Positions 10,280 through 21,336 of a stretch of 64,000 bases of DNA are shown here, piece after piece. The translations under genes and the position numbers were made by a program. The DNA comes from an uncultured Verrucomicrobiae bacterium (GTDB lineage Bacteria; Verrucomicrobiota; Verrucomicrobiia; Chthoniobacterales; JAFAMB01): contig CAVXLD010000005.1 in NCBI GenBank assembly GCA_963762565.1, forward strand, positions 512,001 to 576,000, written 5' to 3'. Below the pieces are notes generated by a model. That model did not search any database and was not told where the DNA came from. It saw only the letters and a list, made by a program, of their open reading frames with translations. Within the stretch, counting starts at the first letter, position 1. The number at the start of each line of letters is the position of its first letter.

Positions 10280-11479
10280 ACGAAACCAACTAACCAACGG
10301 ATTCTGACGATCAATGGCGGCTCTTCCAGCATCAAGTTCGCGATGTTCGAAACCGGTGAATCGCTCCGACGGATTTTGGAGGGTGAGATTGAACGGATTG
10401 GACTGCCGGACGCCACCTTGCGGGTGAAAGGCCAGAACCAGGCGGACAACTTTTCGCGGTTAGTAAGTGCGCCGGATCACACGGCGGCAGTGGGTGCTCT
10501 GATGGATTGGATCGAGGAACGCGGCGGGAGTGATGGGTTGACCGCGGTGGGGCATCGCGTAGTGCATGGCGGGCCAAAGTATAGCGAGCCGCAGCGAATC
10601 AATGCGGAAATGGTTGAAGAACTGCACCGGCTGAGTCCATTCGATCCTGAGCATCTGCCGGAAGAGATCCTGTTGACGGAGGCGTTCCATCGCCGATTTC
10701 CTGACTTGCCCCAGGTGGCGTGTTTCGACACGGGTTTTCACCATGACTTGCCGCGCGTGGCGCAACTGTTGCCCATCCCGCGCCGGTACGAGGCGCAAGG
10801 CGTACGAAGGTATGGGTTTCACGGGTTGTCTTATGCGTTTCTCATCGGAGAACTTGCTCGTTTGGCCGGAACGGAAGCGGCCCAGGGCAGGGTCATCCTT
10901 GCCCACCTCGGCAATGGCGCGAGTCTGGCGGCGGTGCGTGACGGCAAATCGGTGGACACCAGCATGAGTTTCACTCCGACCGCCGGGGTGCCGATGAGCA
11001 CTCGTTCAGGTGACCTCGATCCCGGGCTGATTTGGTATCTGGCGCGCACTGAAAAAATGAGTGCGAAGCAATTCAATGAAATGGTTAATTTCCAATCCGG
11101 GTTGCTCGGTGTCTCGGAGACCAGCGCGGACATGCGTGACTTGCTCGATTGTGAAACGAGGGACGTTCGGGCTGCTGAAGCGATCGCGCTGTTTTGTTAC
11201 CAGGTCAAGAAATGGATCGGCGCATTCGCGGCGGCGTTGGGCGGACTAGACACGCTGGTTTTCGCCGGCGGCATCGGAGAGAATGCGCCAACGGTCCGCA
11301 CCCGGATCTGCGACGGACTCGGATTCCTCGGTATCGAACTCGATCAAAAACGCAACGTGGCAAACGCGGGCGTGATTTCCTCGGAAACCAGTAGGATCCC
11401 TGTGAGGGTCATTCGGACGAACGAAGAATGGGTGATCGCGAGCATGGTCTGCCGCGTTTTGGGTCTAACAATTGAATAA
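10280..11479 (+). CDS. ackA: Acetate/propionate kinase
   Basis: [13 protein letters not shown] lies in frame upstream of the tracked [46 protein letters not shown]. Confidence 0.95.
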   Translation, partial: TKPTNQRILTINGGSSSIKFAMFETGESLRRILEGEIERIGLPDATLRVKGQNQADNFSRLVSAPDHTAAVGALMDWIEERGGSDGLTAVGHRVVHGGPKYSEPQRINAEMVEELHRLSPFDPEHLPEEILLTEAFHRRFPDLPQVACFDTGFHHDLPRVAQLLPIPRRYEAQGVRRYGFHGLSYAFLIGELARLAGTEAAQGRVILAHLGNGASLAAVRDGKSVDTSMSFTPTAGVPMSTRSGDLDPGLIWYLARTEKMSAKQFNEMVNFQSGLLGVSETSADMRDLLDCETRDVRAAEAIALFCYQVKKWIGAFAAALGGLDTLVFAGGIGENAPTVRTRICDGLGFLGIELDQKRNVANAGVISSETSRIPVRVIRTNEEWVIASMVCRVLGLTIE

Positions 11480-11484
11480 GAAGC

Positions 11485-13917
11485 ATGATCATGACAACAA
11501 GCCAAATGAATGTAACGGATAAGCCGCTAACCCCGGAACGGTTCGAGAAGCGAGATAAGCCGTTGACCCCGGAGCTGCTCGGGAAGATGAACGCCTATTG
11601 GCGCGCCGCGAACTATCTCTCGGTTGGCCAGATCTATCTTTACGACAATGCGCTGCTGAAGCGGCCTCTCACACTCGCGGATGTGAAGCACATGTTGCTC
11701 GGACACTGGGGAACGACTCCCGGGCAGAACTTCATTTACGTGCATTTGAACCGGGTCATCAAGAAATACGATCTCGACATGATTTACGTGTCGGGCCCTG
11801 GCCACGGCGGCCCGGCGGTCGTGGGCAACACTTACCTCGAGGGCACTTACAGCGAAATTTATCCCAATATCAGCCAGGACGAGGCCGGGCTGCGGAAGCT
11901 CTTCATCCAGTTTTCGTTTCCTGGGGGAATTCCGAGCCATGCATCGCCGGAGACCCCTGGGTCAATCCATGAGGGAGGCGAACTTGGCTATTCACTCAGC
12001 CATTCATTCGGGGCAGTGTTCGACAATCCCAATCTGATTGTTGCCTGCGTCGTCGGCGATGGCGAGGCAGAAACGGGACCGCTGGCGACCGCGTGGCATT
12101 CCAACAAGTTTCTCAATCCGGCCAGCGACGGCGCGGTGTTGCCGATCCTGCATCTGAACGGCTACAAGATTTCCAACCCAACCCTCCTCGCGCGTATTAC
12201 CCGTGAGGAATTGGAGCAGTTGCTCCGCGGCTACGGTTGGACGCCCTACTTCGTAGAGGGCCACGACCCCGAGCTGATGCATGAGGCCATGGCCGCGACG
12301 CTCGACACGGCGGTGGAGCAGATTAAAAAAATCCAACAGGACGCTCGCTTCAACGACAACTTCGCGCGTCCTCGCTGGCCGATGATCGTCCTGAATTCAC
12401 CCAAAGGCTGGACCGGGCCGAAGACCGTTGATGGCCTGCAGGTTGAAGGCACCTTCCGTTCTCACCAGGTGCCGATCTCCGATCCTGCCGCCCATCCCGA
12501 ACACCTCAAGCTTTTGGAAGACTGGTTGAGGAGCTACCGGCCGGAGGAACTCTTCGATGAGCAGGGGCGACTGAAACCGGAATTGGCCGACCTTGCGCCC
12601 AAAGGGGAACGGCGCATGGGCGCGAATCCTCACGCCAATGGTGGTATTCTTCTGCGCGACCTGCGGATGCCGGACTTCCGCGACTATGCGGTCGACGTGT
12701 CCACCCCAGGAGTGCGCGGTATCGGTGATACCCACGTGCTCGGGGCTTTTCTGCGAGATGTAGCGAAGCTGAATAGCGATCAACGGAATTTCCGGGTCTT
12801 TGGCCCTGACGAAACGCTCTCCAACGGCTTGGAATCCCTCTTTGAAGTGACCAACCGCCAATGGGAAGCCACAACGGTGCGAAACGACGAATTTCTCGCG
12901 CCGACGGGGCGGGTGATGGAAATGCTCAGCGAGCACCAATGCGAGGGCTGGCTTGAAGGCTACCTGCTCACTGGGCGGCATGGATTGTTCAACTGTTACG
13001 AGGCGTTTATCCACATCGTCGATTCGATGTTCAATCAGCACGCCAAGTGGTTGAAGGTGACGTCGCACTTGCCGTGGCGGCGGAAGATCTCCTCATTGAA
13101 TTACCTTCTGGCCTCCCATGTCTGGCGCCAGGATCACAACGGTTTCACCCACCAAGATCCCGGTTTTATTGACCACGTCGTGAACAAGAAGGCCGAGGTT
13201 GTGCGGGTTTACCTTCCGCCGGATGCCAACTGTTTGCTATCGGTGATGGACCACTGCCTGCGCAGCCGTCATTACGTCAACGTCGTGGTCGCGGGCAAAC
13301 ATCCGGCGCCCCAGTGGCTGACCATGGACGCCGCCGTCAAGCACTGCACTGAAGGCATCGGCATCTGGCAATGGGCCAGCAACGATCAGGCGACTGCACC
13401 CGACGTGGTCATGGCCTGCTGTGGCGACGTGCCTACGCTGGAGACACTAGCCGCTGTCTCTATTATGCGCGAGCATCTACCCGACCTGAAAATTCGGGTG
13501 GTCAACGTCGTCGACCTCATGAAGCTGCAGCCGCACACCGAGCATCCGCACGGGTTAAGTGACATGGATTTTGACGCACTCTTCACCAAGGACAAGCCGG
13601 TCATCTTCGCCTTCCATGCTTACCCGTCACTGATCCACCAGTTGACCTACCGCCGCACTAACCACGACAACATCCACGTCCGCGGCTACAAAGAAGAGGG
13701 CACCATCACTACGCCTTTCGATATGACGGTGCTGAACGATCTGGACCGCTTCCATCTGGTGATGGACACCATCGACCGCGTGCCGGAGACCGGCGAAAAG
13801 GGCATCTACCTCAGGCAGCAGCTCAAGGACAAGCTAGTCGAGCATAAGCACTACATCGACAAGCACGGCCAAGACTTGCCGGAAATTCGGGACTGGAAGT
13901 GGAGCAACCCCAAGTGA
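11485..13917 (+). CDS. xfp: Xylulose-5-P/fructose-6-P phosphoketolase
   Basis: [53 protein letters not shown]. Confidence 0.97.
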   Translation: MIMTTSQMNVTDKPLTPERFEKRDKPLTPELLGKMNAYWRAANYLSVGQIYLYDNALLKRPLTLADVKHMLLGHWGTTPGQNFIYVHLNRVIKKYDLDMIYVSGPGHGGPAVVGNTYLEGTYSEIYPNISQDEAGLRKLFIQFSFPGGIPSHASPETPGSIHEGGELGYSLSHSFGAVFDNPNLIVACVVGDGEAETGPLATAWHSNKFLNPASDGAVLPILHLNGYKISNPTLLARITREELEQLLRGYGWTPYFVEGHDPELMHEAMAATLDTAVEQIKKIQQDARFNDNFARPRWPMIVLNSPKGWTGPKTVDGLQVEGTFRSHQVPISDPAAHPEHLKLLEDWLRSYRPEELFDEQGRLKPELADLAPKGERRMGANPHANGGILLRDLRMPDFRDYAVDVSTPGVRGIGDTHVLGAFLRDVAKLNSDQRNFRVFGPDETLSNGLESLFEVTNRQWEATTVRNDEFLAPTGRVMEMLSEHQCEGWLEGYLLTGRHGLFNCYEAFIHIVDSMFNQHAKWLKVTSHLPWRRKISSLNYLLASHVWRQDHNGFTHQDPGFIDHVVNKKAEVVRVYLPPDANCLLSVMDHCLRSRHYVNVVVAGKHPAPQWLTMDAAVKHCTEGIGIWQWASNDQATAPDVVMACCGDVPTLETLAAVSIMREHLPDLKIRVVNVVDLMKLQPHTEHPHGLSDMDFDALFTKDKPVIFAFHAYPSLIHQLTYRRTNHDNIHVRGYKEEGTITTPFDMTVLNDLDRFHLVMDTIDRVPETGEKGIYLRQQLKDKLVEHKHYIDKHGQDLPEIRDWKWSNPK

Positions 13918-13990
13918 GTGTCCGAGAGCTTGTTCACACCGTTGAGAAGTTGCTGGCCTGCGAGCTATGAACCCGAAATCCGAATTTGAG

Positions 13991-14119
13991 ATCCGCAGAT
14001 TACACAGATTAGAACAATGTTTGGAAAGCGATACCGGCAAAACTTTGCGGTGCTCGAGTCCAGGCTGTCTTCGTGCTGCGTAACTCACTAAATCTGTGTA
14101 ATCTGCGTAATCTGTGGAT
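13991..14119. repeat. Miniature inverted-repeat element built from 9-mer units
   Basis: ATCCGCAGATTACACAGATT ... AATCTGTGT-AATCTGCGT-AATCTGTGG-AT. Confidence 0.7.
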
Positions 14120-14141
14120 TAACCCTTCTTTGGGATCTGGG

Positions 14142-15137
14142 ATGAATCGAATACCTCTCTATCCACTTCGATTCGAACCCATCTATCAGTATCGACTTTG
14201 GGGTGGCCGGCGTTTAGCCAATCTGCTCTCCGCTCCACTGCCGGAGGAGGGTTCGATTGGCGAAGCTTGGGTACTTAGTGACCGCGATGACCATCCTAGC
14301 CTCGTCGCTGACGGACCGCTCAAAGGAACTACTATCGCGCAATTGTTGGACCAATCGCCGAAGCAGTTAATGGGAAGACTGGCCGGGCGCTTTCCTCGGT
14401 TCCCTCTGCTCCTAAAGTTTCTCGACGTGAGTAAAACGCTCTCGGTTCAGGTGCATCCCTCGGACGCAAATATCGATCTTATTCCACCGGGCGAGACCGG
14501 GAAGACCGAAGCATGGGTTGTGCTGGAAGCGGAGCGGGAAAGCCGTATCTACGCAGGCCTGAAGCCAGGCAATACGGCAGAAACTCTGCGTGGGGCGATC
14601 ACCAATGGAACCCTGGAGGACAATCTGGCGAGTTTCACGCCAAAGCCTGGCGACGGTATCTTGGTACGATCGGGTACCGTTCACTCGTTAAGCGACGTCG
14701 TGGTTTTTGAAGCTCAAGAGAACAGCGACGTGACGTTTCGTCTCTACGACTGGGACCACGTCGATCCCAAGACCGGGCAGCGTCGGCCTCTGCAAGTTGA
14801 TCAAGCGCTGGCTTGCATTGATTTTACGCAAGGCGCCGTCGGTCCGGTTGCACCGGTAGTAGAGAAATTCAAGGGGCACAAGCGAGAGCGGCTCGTTCTC
14901 TGTGAACATTTCGGCGTGTGGCGAATCGGCGGAGAAGCCCCGTTTACAGTCGGCCAGGCGGAAACGCCGCGTGTGCTCGTCTGCATTGACGGCGAAGGTC
15001 GGTTGGAGCACGGCGGCGTCAACTATGGCTTCGATAGAGGAGACGTTTTGCTTTTGCCGGCCGTCGTCGGCGCCTGTTCCTGCCGGCCGCTCGTAGAAGT
15101 TAGTTTGCTGGAAATTTCGCTACCGGAGGCTTCATAA
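14142..15137 (+). CDS. manA: Class I mannose-6-phosphate isomerase
   Basis: RLWGGRRL, IGEAW, FPLLLKFLD, LSVQVHP, GKTEAW, GTVHS, QENSDVTFRLYDW. Confidence 0.93.
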   Translation: MNRIPLYPLRFEPIYQYRLWGGRRLANLLSAPLPEEGSIGEAWVLSDRDDHPSLVADGPLKGTTIAQLLDQSPKQLMGRLAGRFPRFPLLLKFLDVSKTLSVQVHPSDANIDLIPPGETGKTEAWVVLEAERESRIYAGLKPGNTAETLRGAITNGTLEDNLASFTPKPGDGILVRSGTVHSLSDVVVFEAQENSDVTFRLYDWDHVDPKTGQRRPLQVDQALACIDFTQGAVGPVAPVVEKFKGHKRERLVLCEHFGVWRIGGEAPFTVGQAETPRVLVCIDGEGRLEHGGVNYGFDRGDVLLLPAVVGACSCRPLVEVSLLEISLPEAS

Positions 15138-15141
15138 GCTT

Positions 15142-15891
15142 TTGAAAAAGCTCATTGTTTTTGATCTGGACGGCACGCTTGCCGAAAGCAAGTCATCCCT
15201 CGATGCCGAGATGGCGAGGCTGCTCAATGCTCTTCTCGGGACTGTGAAGGTGTCCGTTATATCAGGCGGCAACTGGTCGCAATTTGAAAAGCAAGTCCTC
15301 GCCAATCTTTCCGATGACGAGCGCTTGAAGAATCTGTCTCTCCTCCCTACGTGCGGAACAAAGTTTTACCAATATGAATCGGGTTGGAAAAAACTTTATT
15401 CTGAGGATTTCACCGACCAAGAGAAAAAGAAGATTGTTAGCTCATTGAAGCAGGCAACCGGGTCGCCGGACCTCAAGCCCGAACAAACTTGGGGAGATAG
15501 GATTGAAGACCGGGGAAGCCAAATCACGTTCTCTGGATTAGGACAACAGGCTCCCCTCGAAGAAAAGAAGAAGTGGGATCCTGATTTCATTAAGCGCAAG
15601 AAAATAAAGGGAGTTCTTGATAAGCTGATCCCTGAATTTTCTGTGCGCCTGGGTGGGGCGACCTCGATTGACGTTACCAAGCCTGGAATCGACAAAGGCT
15701 ATGGGATACGAAAACTCAGGGACGTACTAGGCGTTGGTATTCCGGAGATGATTTTTGTCGGAGACGCTGTGTTCCCCGGTGGGAACGACTATCCGGCCAA
15801 GGAAGCCGGCGCGTTGTCTATAGAGGTCAAAGATCCTCATGAAACGAAGCGGGTGATTGAAGCCATCGTCGCTTGTCTGGAGGCAAGTTGA
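15142..15891 (+). CDS. HAD-IIB hydrolase, eukaryote-type phosphomannomutase-like
   Basis: FDLDGTL, IEDRGSQITFS, GGATSIDV, GIDKGY, FVGDAVFPGGNDYP. Confidence 0.85.
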   Translation: MKKLIVFDLDGTLAESKSSLDAEMARLLNALLGTVKVSVISGGNWSQFEKQVLANLSDDERLKNLSLLPTCGTKFYQYESGWKKLYSEDFTDQEKKKIVSSLKQATGSPDLKPEQTWGDRIEDRGSQITFSGLGQQAPLEEKKKWDPDFIKRKKIKGVLDKLIPEFSVRLGGATSIDVTKPGIDKGYGIRKLRDVLGVGIPEMIFVGDAVFPGGNDYPAKEAGALSIEVKDPHETKRVIEAIVACLEAS

Positions 15892-17000
15892 TGATCGGCT
15901 TTCAATTACAGCGCTTGGGAATGCTAATGGAGCCGGAGCCCGGCAATCCACAGGAAGTCGAAGGTGTATTGAATCCGGGAGCTGTTCGTGGCCCCGATGG
16001 ACAGCTTTACCTGTTTCCGCGGCTTGTCGCGCGCGGCAATTATTCGCGTATCGGCATAGCCAGAGTTCAGTTCAATAAAGCTGGCGACCCCTGCGGAGTG
16101 GAGCGGCTCGGAATTGCACTTGAGCCCGAGGCCGATTACGAGCGGCGATCTGACGGTAGCGGTGGCTGCGAGGATCCGCGCATCACGTTCGTGGAACCTC
16201 TCGAGCGCTACGTGATGGTTTACGCGGCGCTTTCGTCTATCGGTCCCCGAATTGCCCTGGCCATCTCGGAGGATTTATTTCACTGGAAGCGACTGGGGCT
16301 CGCGACCTTTGCTACGTACGACGGCATCGATTTCGTCCACGTGGACAATAAGGATGCCAGCCTCTTCCCTGTCGCCATTGCCAATCATGCCGGAAAAATG
16401 CAGCTAGCTCTACTCCATCGGCCCCTTTTTCCCGGTACTCGTCCCGAGCAAACCGCCTGCCACGAAGGGCCCCACGAAGTGGATCTCGACCATGAAAGCA
16501 TCTGGATTTCCTATTGTCCGATGCCTTCCGCGGGCATCGAACCACAGCACCTTGGTCTGTTTAACTCGCATCATCGGCTGGCCGCTCCGATTGCTCCTTG
16601 GGCACGCCTGAAAATCGGCGCAGGGACTCCTCCCATTCTGACCCGGCACGGCTGGATGATCATTTACCACGGCGTAACCGAGATCGCGGGTTCGACTAGC
16701 GGCGGACATCATCTTTGCTACTCGGCGGGTGTGATGGTGCTCTCAGAAAAACATCCCCGCGAGATTCGCTATCGTTCGGCAGAGCCGGTATTGACGCCAG
16801 TGCTTCCGCAAGAATGCAGCGGAACCATTGCCAACGTCGTGTTCCCCACCGGTATCGACCGCCGCGACGATATCGGTTCGCCGGACCGCTTCGACGTTTA
16901 CTACGGCATGGCCGATAACCGAATCGGTGTGGCGCGTCTCGATGTGCCGAATTGCTTGCCAGCGGGAGGAATCGGCGCCCAGCCGAAAGCCAAGATGTAA
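15891..17000 (+). CDS. GH130-family beta-mannoside phosphorylase/glycosidase
   Basis: GVLNPG, GCEDPRIT, DNKDASLFP, LLHRP, KIGAGTPP, IYHGV, NVVFPTG, YYGMADNRIG. Confidence 0.88.
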   Translation: MIGFQLQRLGMLMEPEPGNPQEVEGVLNPGAVRGPDGQLYLFPRLVARGNYSRIGIARVQFNKAGDPCGVERLGIALEPEADYERRSDGSGGCEDPRITFVEPLERYVMVYAALSSIGPRIALAISEDLFHWKRLGLATFATYDGIDFVHVDNKDASLFPVAIANHAGKMQLALLHRPLFPGTRPEQTACHEGPHEVDLDHESIWISYCPMPSAGIEPQHLGLFNSHHRLAAPIAPWARLKIGAGTPPILTRHGWMIIYHGVTEIAGSTSGGHHLCYSAGVMVLSEKHPREIRYRSAEPVLTPVLPQECSGTIANVVFPTGIDRRDDIGSPDRFDVYYGMADNRIGVARLDVPNCLPAGGIGAQPKAKM

Positions 17001-17038
17001 CGCGCCCGATTTCGAAAAACTCAAAGCCAAAATAGATT

Positions 17039-19717
17039 ATGAAAACAAATACCGACCAACCCGCGGTATCCGTAGAATCGAAGCCAAAGGCTAGCGAGTC
17101 GAAGCCGGGATCGAAGCCCGCTGCGAAGGAGGATTTGAAATCCCTGCCCATGCCGGAGGTGGAGAAAAAATTGGGGTCGTCGCCGGACGGTCTCACCCAA
17201 GCCGAAGCGCAGAAACGGCTGACCCAATATGGGCCTAACGAGATCAAAGAAAAGAAAACCAATCCGCTCCTGAAATTCCTCTCCTATTTTTGGGGTCCCA
17301 TCCCGTGGATGATCGAAGTGGCCGTGATTCTGTCGGGCGTCGTCGGGCACTGGCCGGATTTTTTCATCATCCTCCTTTTGCTTGTTGCCAACGCTGTAGT
17401 CGGATTCTGGGAAGAACGCGAGGCGGGAAATGCCATTGCCGCCCTGAAGGCTCAACTGGCGATCAATGCGCGGGTGAAACGTGATGGGCAGTCGATTACC
17501 CTTCCGGCGCGTGAGTTAGTGCCGGGTGACGTCATCCACGTGCGCTTGGGTGACGTTGTGCCGGCGGATGCGCGTTTGCTCGCGGGCGATCCGATGGAGG
17601 TGGATCAGTCCGCGCTGACGGGAGAATCGTTGCCTGCCGAGCGCAAATCGGGCGAGGCAGTGTTTTCCGGTTCGATCATTCGTCAGGGTGAAATCGACGC
17701 ACTGGTCTATGCCACGGGCGCAAACACCTACTTCGGCAAGACGGCGCAACTGGTGCAAGAGGCGCACACTGTCAGCCATTTTCAAAAGGCCGTGTTGAAG
17801 ATTGGCAATTACCTGATCATCCTCGCGGTGGCTCTGGTGGCGGTGATTATTGTCGTCGCCATCTTCCGCGGCGATCCGATCCTCAGCACGTTGCAGTTCG
17901 CTTTGGTGCTGACCGTGGCGGCGATTCCCGTGGCGATGCCGACGGTGTTATCGGTGACGATGGCAGTCGGCGCGCGCCTACTCGCCAAGAAACAGGCGAT
18001 TGTGAGCCGGTTGGTGGCGATCGAGGAATTGGCGGGTGTGGACGTCCTTTGCTCGGACAAGACCGGCACCCTGACCCAGAACAAGCTGACGCTGGGCGAT
18101 CCGTTCGGCGTGAACAATATTCCCGTCGAGCAAGTCATCCTCAATGCCGCGCTGGCGTCGCGCGCGGACAATAACGACACCATTGATCTTGCCGTTTTGG
18201 GCGGCCTGAAAAACAAGCAGGCGCTAAAGGGTTATCAGGTGCTCCATTTCCAGCCATTCGATCCGGTGCATAAACGCGCCGAAGCGAGCATCAAAGCCGC
18301 GGATGGAAAGACGTTCAAAGTGGCGAAGGGCGCGCCGCAGGTGATTTTGGAATTGTCGGCCAATGCCGCGCAGGTGAAGTCCGCCGTCGACACGGCGGTC
18401 AATGAATTCGCAGCGCGCGGCTTTCGTTCGTTGGGCGTGGCGCGCGCTGAGGGAGAAGGTAAATGGCAGTTTCTTGGTGTGTTGCCCCTCTTCGATCCGC
18501 CACGGGAAGATGCCAAGGCAACCATCGCGACCGCGCGACAGATGGGCGTAAAGGTCAAAATGGTTACGGGCGATGCACTGGCCATCGCCCAGGAAACCGC
18601 CAAGAAATTAGGGATGGGCACAGCCATTCTCGATGCCGGCGGCCTTGGCGACGTTAAGCATCAAGAGAGTAAGGCGGTGGGCGAGTCCATCGAAAAGGCC
18701 GACGGTTTCGCCCAGGTGTTCCCTGAACACAAGTTCCACATTGTGGATGTCCTGCAAAAACTCGGCCACATCGTCGGCATGACGGGTGACGGGGTGAATG
18801 ACGCTCCCGCCCTGAAAAAAGCAGACTGCGGCATCGCCGTTTCAGGCGCGACGGACGCGGCGCGTGCGGCGGCGGCTGTCGTGCTGATGACGCCGGGTCT
18901 GTCGGTGATTATTGATGCGATCAAGGAGAGCCGGAGAATTTTCCAGCGGATGAACAGCTACGCGATCTACCGAATCGCGGAAACGCTGAGGGTGCTGTTC
19001 TTTATGACCCTCGCAATCCTGGTTTTTAACTTTTATCCATTGACGGCGGTGATGATCGTGATGCTGGCTTTACTCAATGACGGCGCCATCCTATCCATTG
19101 CCTATGACAATGTTCATTACAAGGATCAGCCCGAGTCGTGGAACATGCGCATGGTGTTGGGGATATCCACGGTGCTGGGCGTCATCGGTGTCGTCTCCGC
19201 CTTCGGCTTGTTTTATCTCGGCGAGCGAGTCTTTCATCTTGACCGCGCGCACATCCAGACGCTGATGTATTTGAAGCTGTCGGTGGCGGGACATCTCACG
19301 ATCTTTCTTACTCGCACACGCGGTCCATTCTGGTCGATCCGTCCCGCGCGAATTTTATGGGTAGCGGTGCTTGGAACGCAAATCGTTGCGACATTGATCG
19401 CCGTCTATGGGCTGTTTATGACTCCCCTCGGTTGGGGTTGGGCACTGTTCGTTTGGGGCTATGCTCTGGTTTGGTTTCTTTTGAATGACCGGGTGAAGCT
19501 GCTCGCATATCGGATTTTGGATCCCGCCAAAGCCAAGATTGATCCTGCCGAAACTAAGATTGATCCGCCCAAAGCCAAGACGCCGTCCGATTTGACGCCG
19601 CAGATCGCCACGCGAGCCTATGCGCTCTATGAGCGGGCAGGCCACCGTGATGGTCACGCAGTTCAGGACTGGGGTGAAGCGGAGCGGGAGATTCGTAAAG
19701 ATGAGTCCCGCAAATGA
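17039..19717 (+). CDS. Type IIIA proton-efflux P-type ATPase with C-terminal DUF2934-like module
   Basis: TGES, IPVAMP, CSDKTGTLT, KGAP, MTGDGVNDAPALK, LLNDG; tail QIATRAYALYERAGHRDGHAVQDWGEAEREI. Confidence 0.93.
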   Translation: MKTNTDQPAVSVESKPKASESKPGSKPAAKEDLKSLPMPEVEKKLGSSPDGLTQAEAQKRLTQYGPNEIKEKKTNPLLKFLSYFWGPIPWMIEVAVILSGVVGHWPDFFIILLLLVANAVVGFWEEREAGNAIAALKAQLAINARVKRDGQSITLPARELVPGDVIHVRLGDVVPADARLLAGDPMEVDQSALTGESLPAERKSGEAVFSGSIIRQGEIDALVYATGANTYFGKTAQLVQEAHTVSHFQKAVLKIGNYLIILAVALVAVIIVVAIFRGDPILSTLQFALVLTVAAIPVAMPTVLSVTMAVGARLLAKKQAIVSRLVAIEELAGVDVLCSDKTGTLTQNKLTLGDPFGVNNIPVEQVILNAALASRADNNDTIDLAVLGGLKNKQALKGYQVLHFQPFDPVHKRAEASIKAADGKTFKVAKGAPQVILELSANAAQVKSAVDTAVNEFAARGFRSLGVARAEGEGKWQFLGVLPLFDPPREDAKATIATARQMGVKVKMVTGDALAIAQETAKKLGMGTAILDAGGLGDVKHQESKAVGESIEKADGFAQVFPEHKFHIVDVLQKLGHIVGMTGDGVNDAPALKKADCGIAVSGATDAARAAAAVVLMTPGLSVIIDAIKESRRIFQRMNSYAIYRIAETLRVLFFMTLAILVFNFYPLTAVMIVMLALLNDGAILSIAYDNVHYKDQPESWNMRMVLGISTVLGVIGVVSAFGLFYLGERVFHLDRAHIQTLMYLKLSVAGHLTIFLTRTRGPFWSIRPARILWVAVLGTQIVATLIAVYGLFMTPLGWGWALFVWGYALVWFLLNDRVKLLAYRILDPAKAKIDPAETKIDPPKAKTPSDLTPQIATRAYALYERAGHRDGHAVQDWGEAEREIRKDESRK

Positions 19718-19746
19718 ACCGAGGCTAATCGCGCGGCCAGGCCAAT

Positions 19747-20628
19747 GTGAAATATAGCGAACTGTTCCAAGTAAAGCCGGGCAGCGAAGTCCGGCTGAAG
19801 AAGATCAATCCTGACTCCACCGAACACACGAAGAAGAAATCGGCGGTCAAACAAGTTGAGAAACTCGACGGGAAACTGCGCGAACTGCAATATCTTCTCT
19901 ACGCTGAGAACAAGCGCTCCCTGCTAATTTGCCTGCAGGCGCTGGATGCCGCCGGCAAGGACGGAACCATCAACCACGTCCTTGGCTCGATGAACCCGCA
20001 GGGCGCGCGCGTCCATGGATTCAAAACGCCCACCGCAGAGGAGGCCCAGCATGACTTCCTCTGGCGCATCGAGCAGCAGGTGCCCAAGAACGGCGAGGTC
20101 GTCATCTTCAATCGCTCCCACTATGAGGACGTTCTTGTGGTGCGTGTGCACCAGCTTGTTCCCAAGGAAGTCTGGAAAGGGCGCTACGAGGCGATCAATG
20201 ATTTCGAAAAGAACCTTTTCGAGAATGGTACGCGCATCCTCAAGTTCTTCTTACACATCAGCCCGGAGGAGCAGCTCCTACGCTTCCGTCAGCGTCTCGA
20301 TGACCCCGCCCGGCAATGGAAGATCAGTGAAAACGACTATGCGGAGCGGGAATTGTGGGACGATTACATCTCCGCCTACGAAGAGGCCATTCGCAAAACG
20401 AGCATGAAGCACGCGCCCTGGTTCATCATCCCAGCAAACAACAAATGGTTCCGTAATCTCGCCGTTGCGAGGATCGTCGCGGAGACACTCGAGTCGCTCG
20501 GCATGAACTTCCCCGATCCGACGGTTAATCTTAAGGAAATCGCGCGCAAATACCATCGCACCGAGCTCGAAGAAGAGAAGAAGATTGGAAAGTCAAAATG
20601 GAAGCAGCTGACAGGAGAGGGGGGTTGA
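19747..20628 (+). CDS. ppk2: Polyphosphate kinase 2 family (class III-like)
   Basis: QALDAAGKDGTI, HDFLWR, FNRSHYEDVLVVRVH, APWFIIPANNKW. Confidence 0.93.
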   Translation: MKYSELFQVKPGSEVRLKKINPDSTEHTKKKSAVKQVEKLDGKLRELQYLLYAENKRSLLICLQALDAAGKDGTINHVLGSMNPQGARVHGFKTPTAEEAQHDFLWRIEQQVPKNGEVVIFNRSHYEDVLVVRVHQLVPKEVWKGRYEAINDFEKNLFENGTRILKFFLHISPEEQLLRFRQRLDDPARQWKISENDYAERELWDDYISAYEEAIRKTSMKHAPWFIIPANNKWFRNLAVARIVAETLESLGMNFPDPTVNLKEIARKYHRTELEEEKKIGKSKWKQLTGEGG

Positions 20629-21263
20629 GGTTAAAACTATATTTTCTGCGTCACGGGGAGACGACTTATAGTGAGACAGGCGCTTACTGCGGGGATCTGG
20701 ATCCTGAGTTAACTTCTGAAGGGGCTCAGATGGCGAGAGCGTTTGCAGATGCCTATCGTTCAATAGCCTGGACCGCGGTTTATGTCAGTCCGATGAAACG
20801 CACGATCGCCACCGCAAAGCCTCTGTGCGACGCTCTGGGCTTGGAGATGCAACTGCGAGACGGGCTCAAAGAAATCCGCTACGGGAAGTGGGAAGATAAG
20901 TCAGTCGACTTTGTGAAACAGCACTACTGGGATGATTACGTCCACTGGCTGGCTGAACCGGCTTGGAATCCGCCTACCGGGGGTGAAACCTCTGTCGAGA
21001 TTTCCAGTCGAGCGTCGCTGGTGGTCACAGAGATACAGGAAAGGTATGCCCATGGCGATGTCTTAGTTGTGTCTCACAAAGCCACGATCCGAATTCTTCT
21101 CTGTAGCCTACTAGGCATTGATCTAGGGCGTTATCGCGATCGCATCGAAATGTTAGCTGGTTCGGTTAGCATAGTCAGGTTCGACGTACATGGTCCCTTA
21201 CTAGAGGTTTTGGGTAATCGCGTATATATGGGCGAAGAGCTATGTGCTCGGCCAGGCGCCTAA
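20625..21263 (+). CDS. Histidine phosphatase (phosphoglycerate mutase family)
   Basis: LRHGET, SPMKRT, LKEIRYGKWE, VVSHKAT. Confidence 0.9.
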   Translation: MRLKLYFLRHGETTYSETGAYCGDLDPELTSEGAQMARAFADAYRSIAWTAVYVSPMKRTIATAKPLCDALGLEMQLRDGLKEIRYGKWEDKSVDFVKQHYWDDYVHWLAEPAWNPPTGGETSVEISSRASLVVTEIQERYAHGDVLVVSHKATIRILLCSLLGIDLGRYRDRIEMLAGSVSIVRFDVHGPLLEVLGNRVYMGEELCARPGA

Positions 21264-21336
21264 CCCCCCCGCAAAAACAGTAATGGAGAAGCGGATGAAT
21301 CAGAGAGAAACCAACCAGGAGGATACCTAATTTTAG

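Noticed and set aside
11518..11574. DKPLTPE duplication at the phosphoketolase N-terminus
   Set aside because: Small local duplication outside the catalytic core with no evidence of function.
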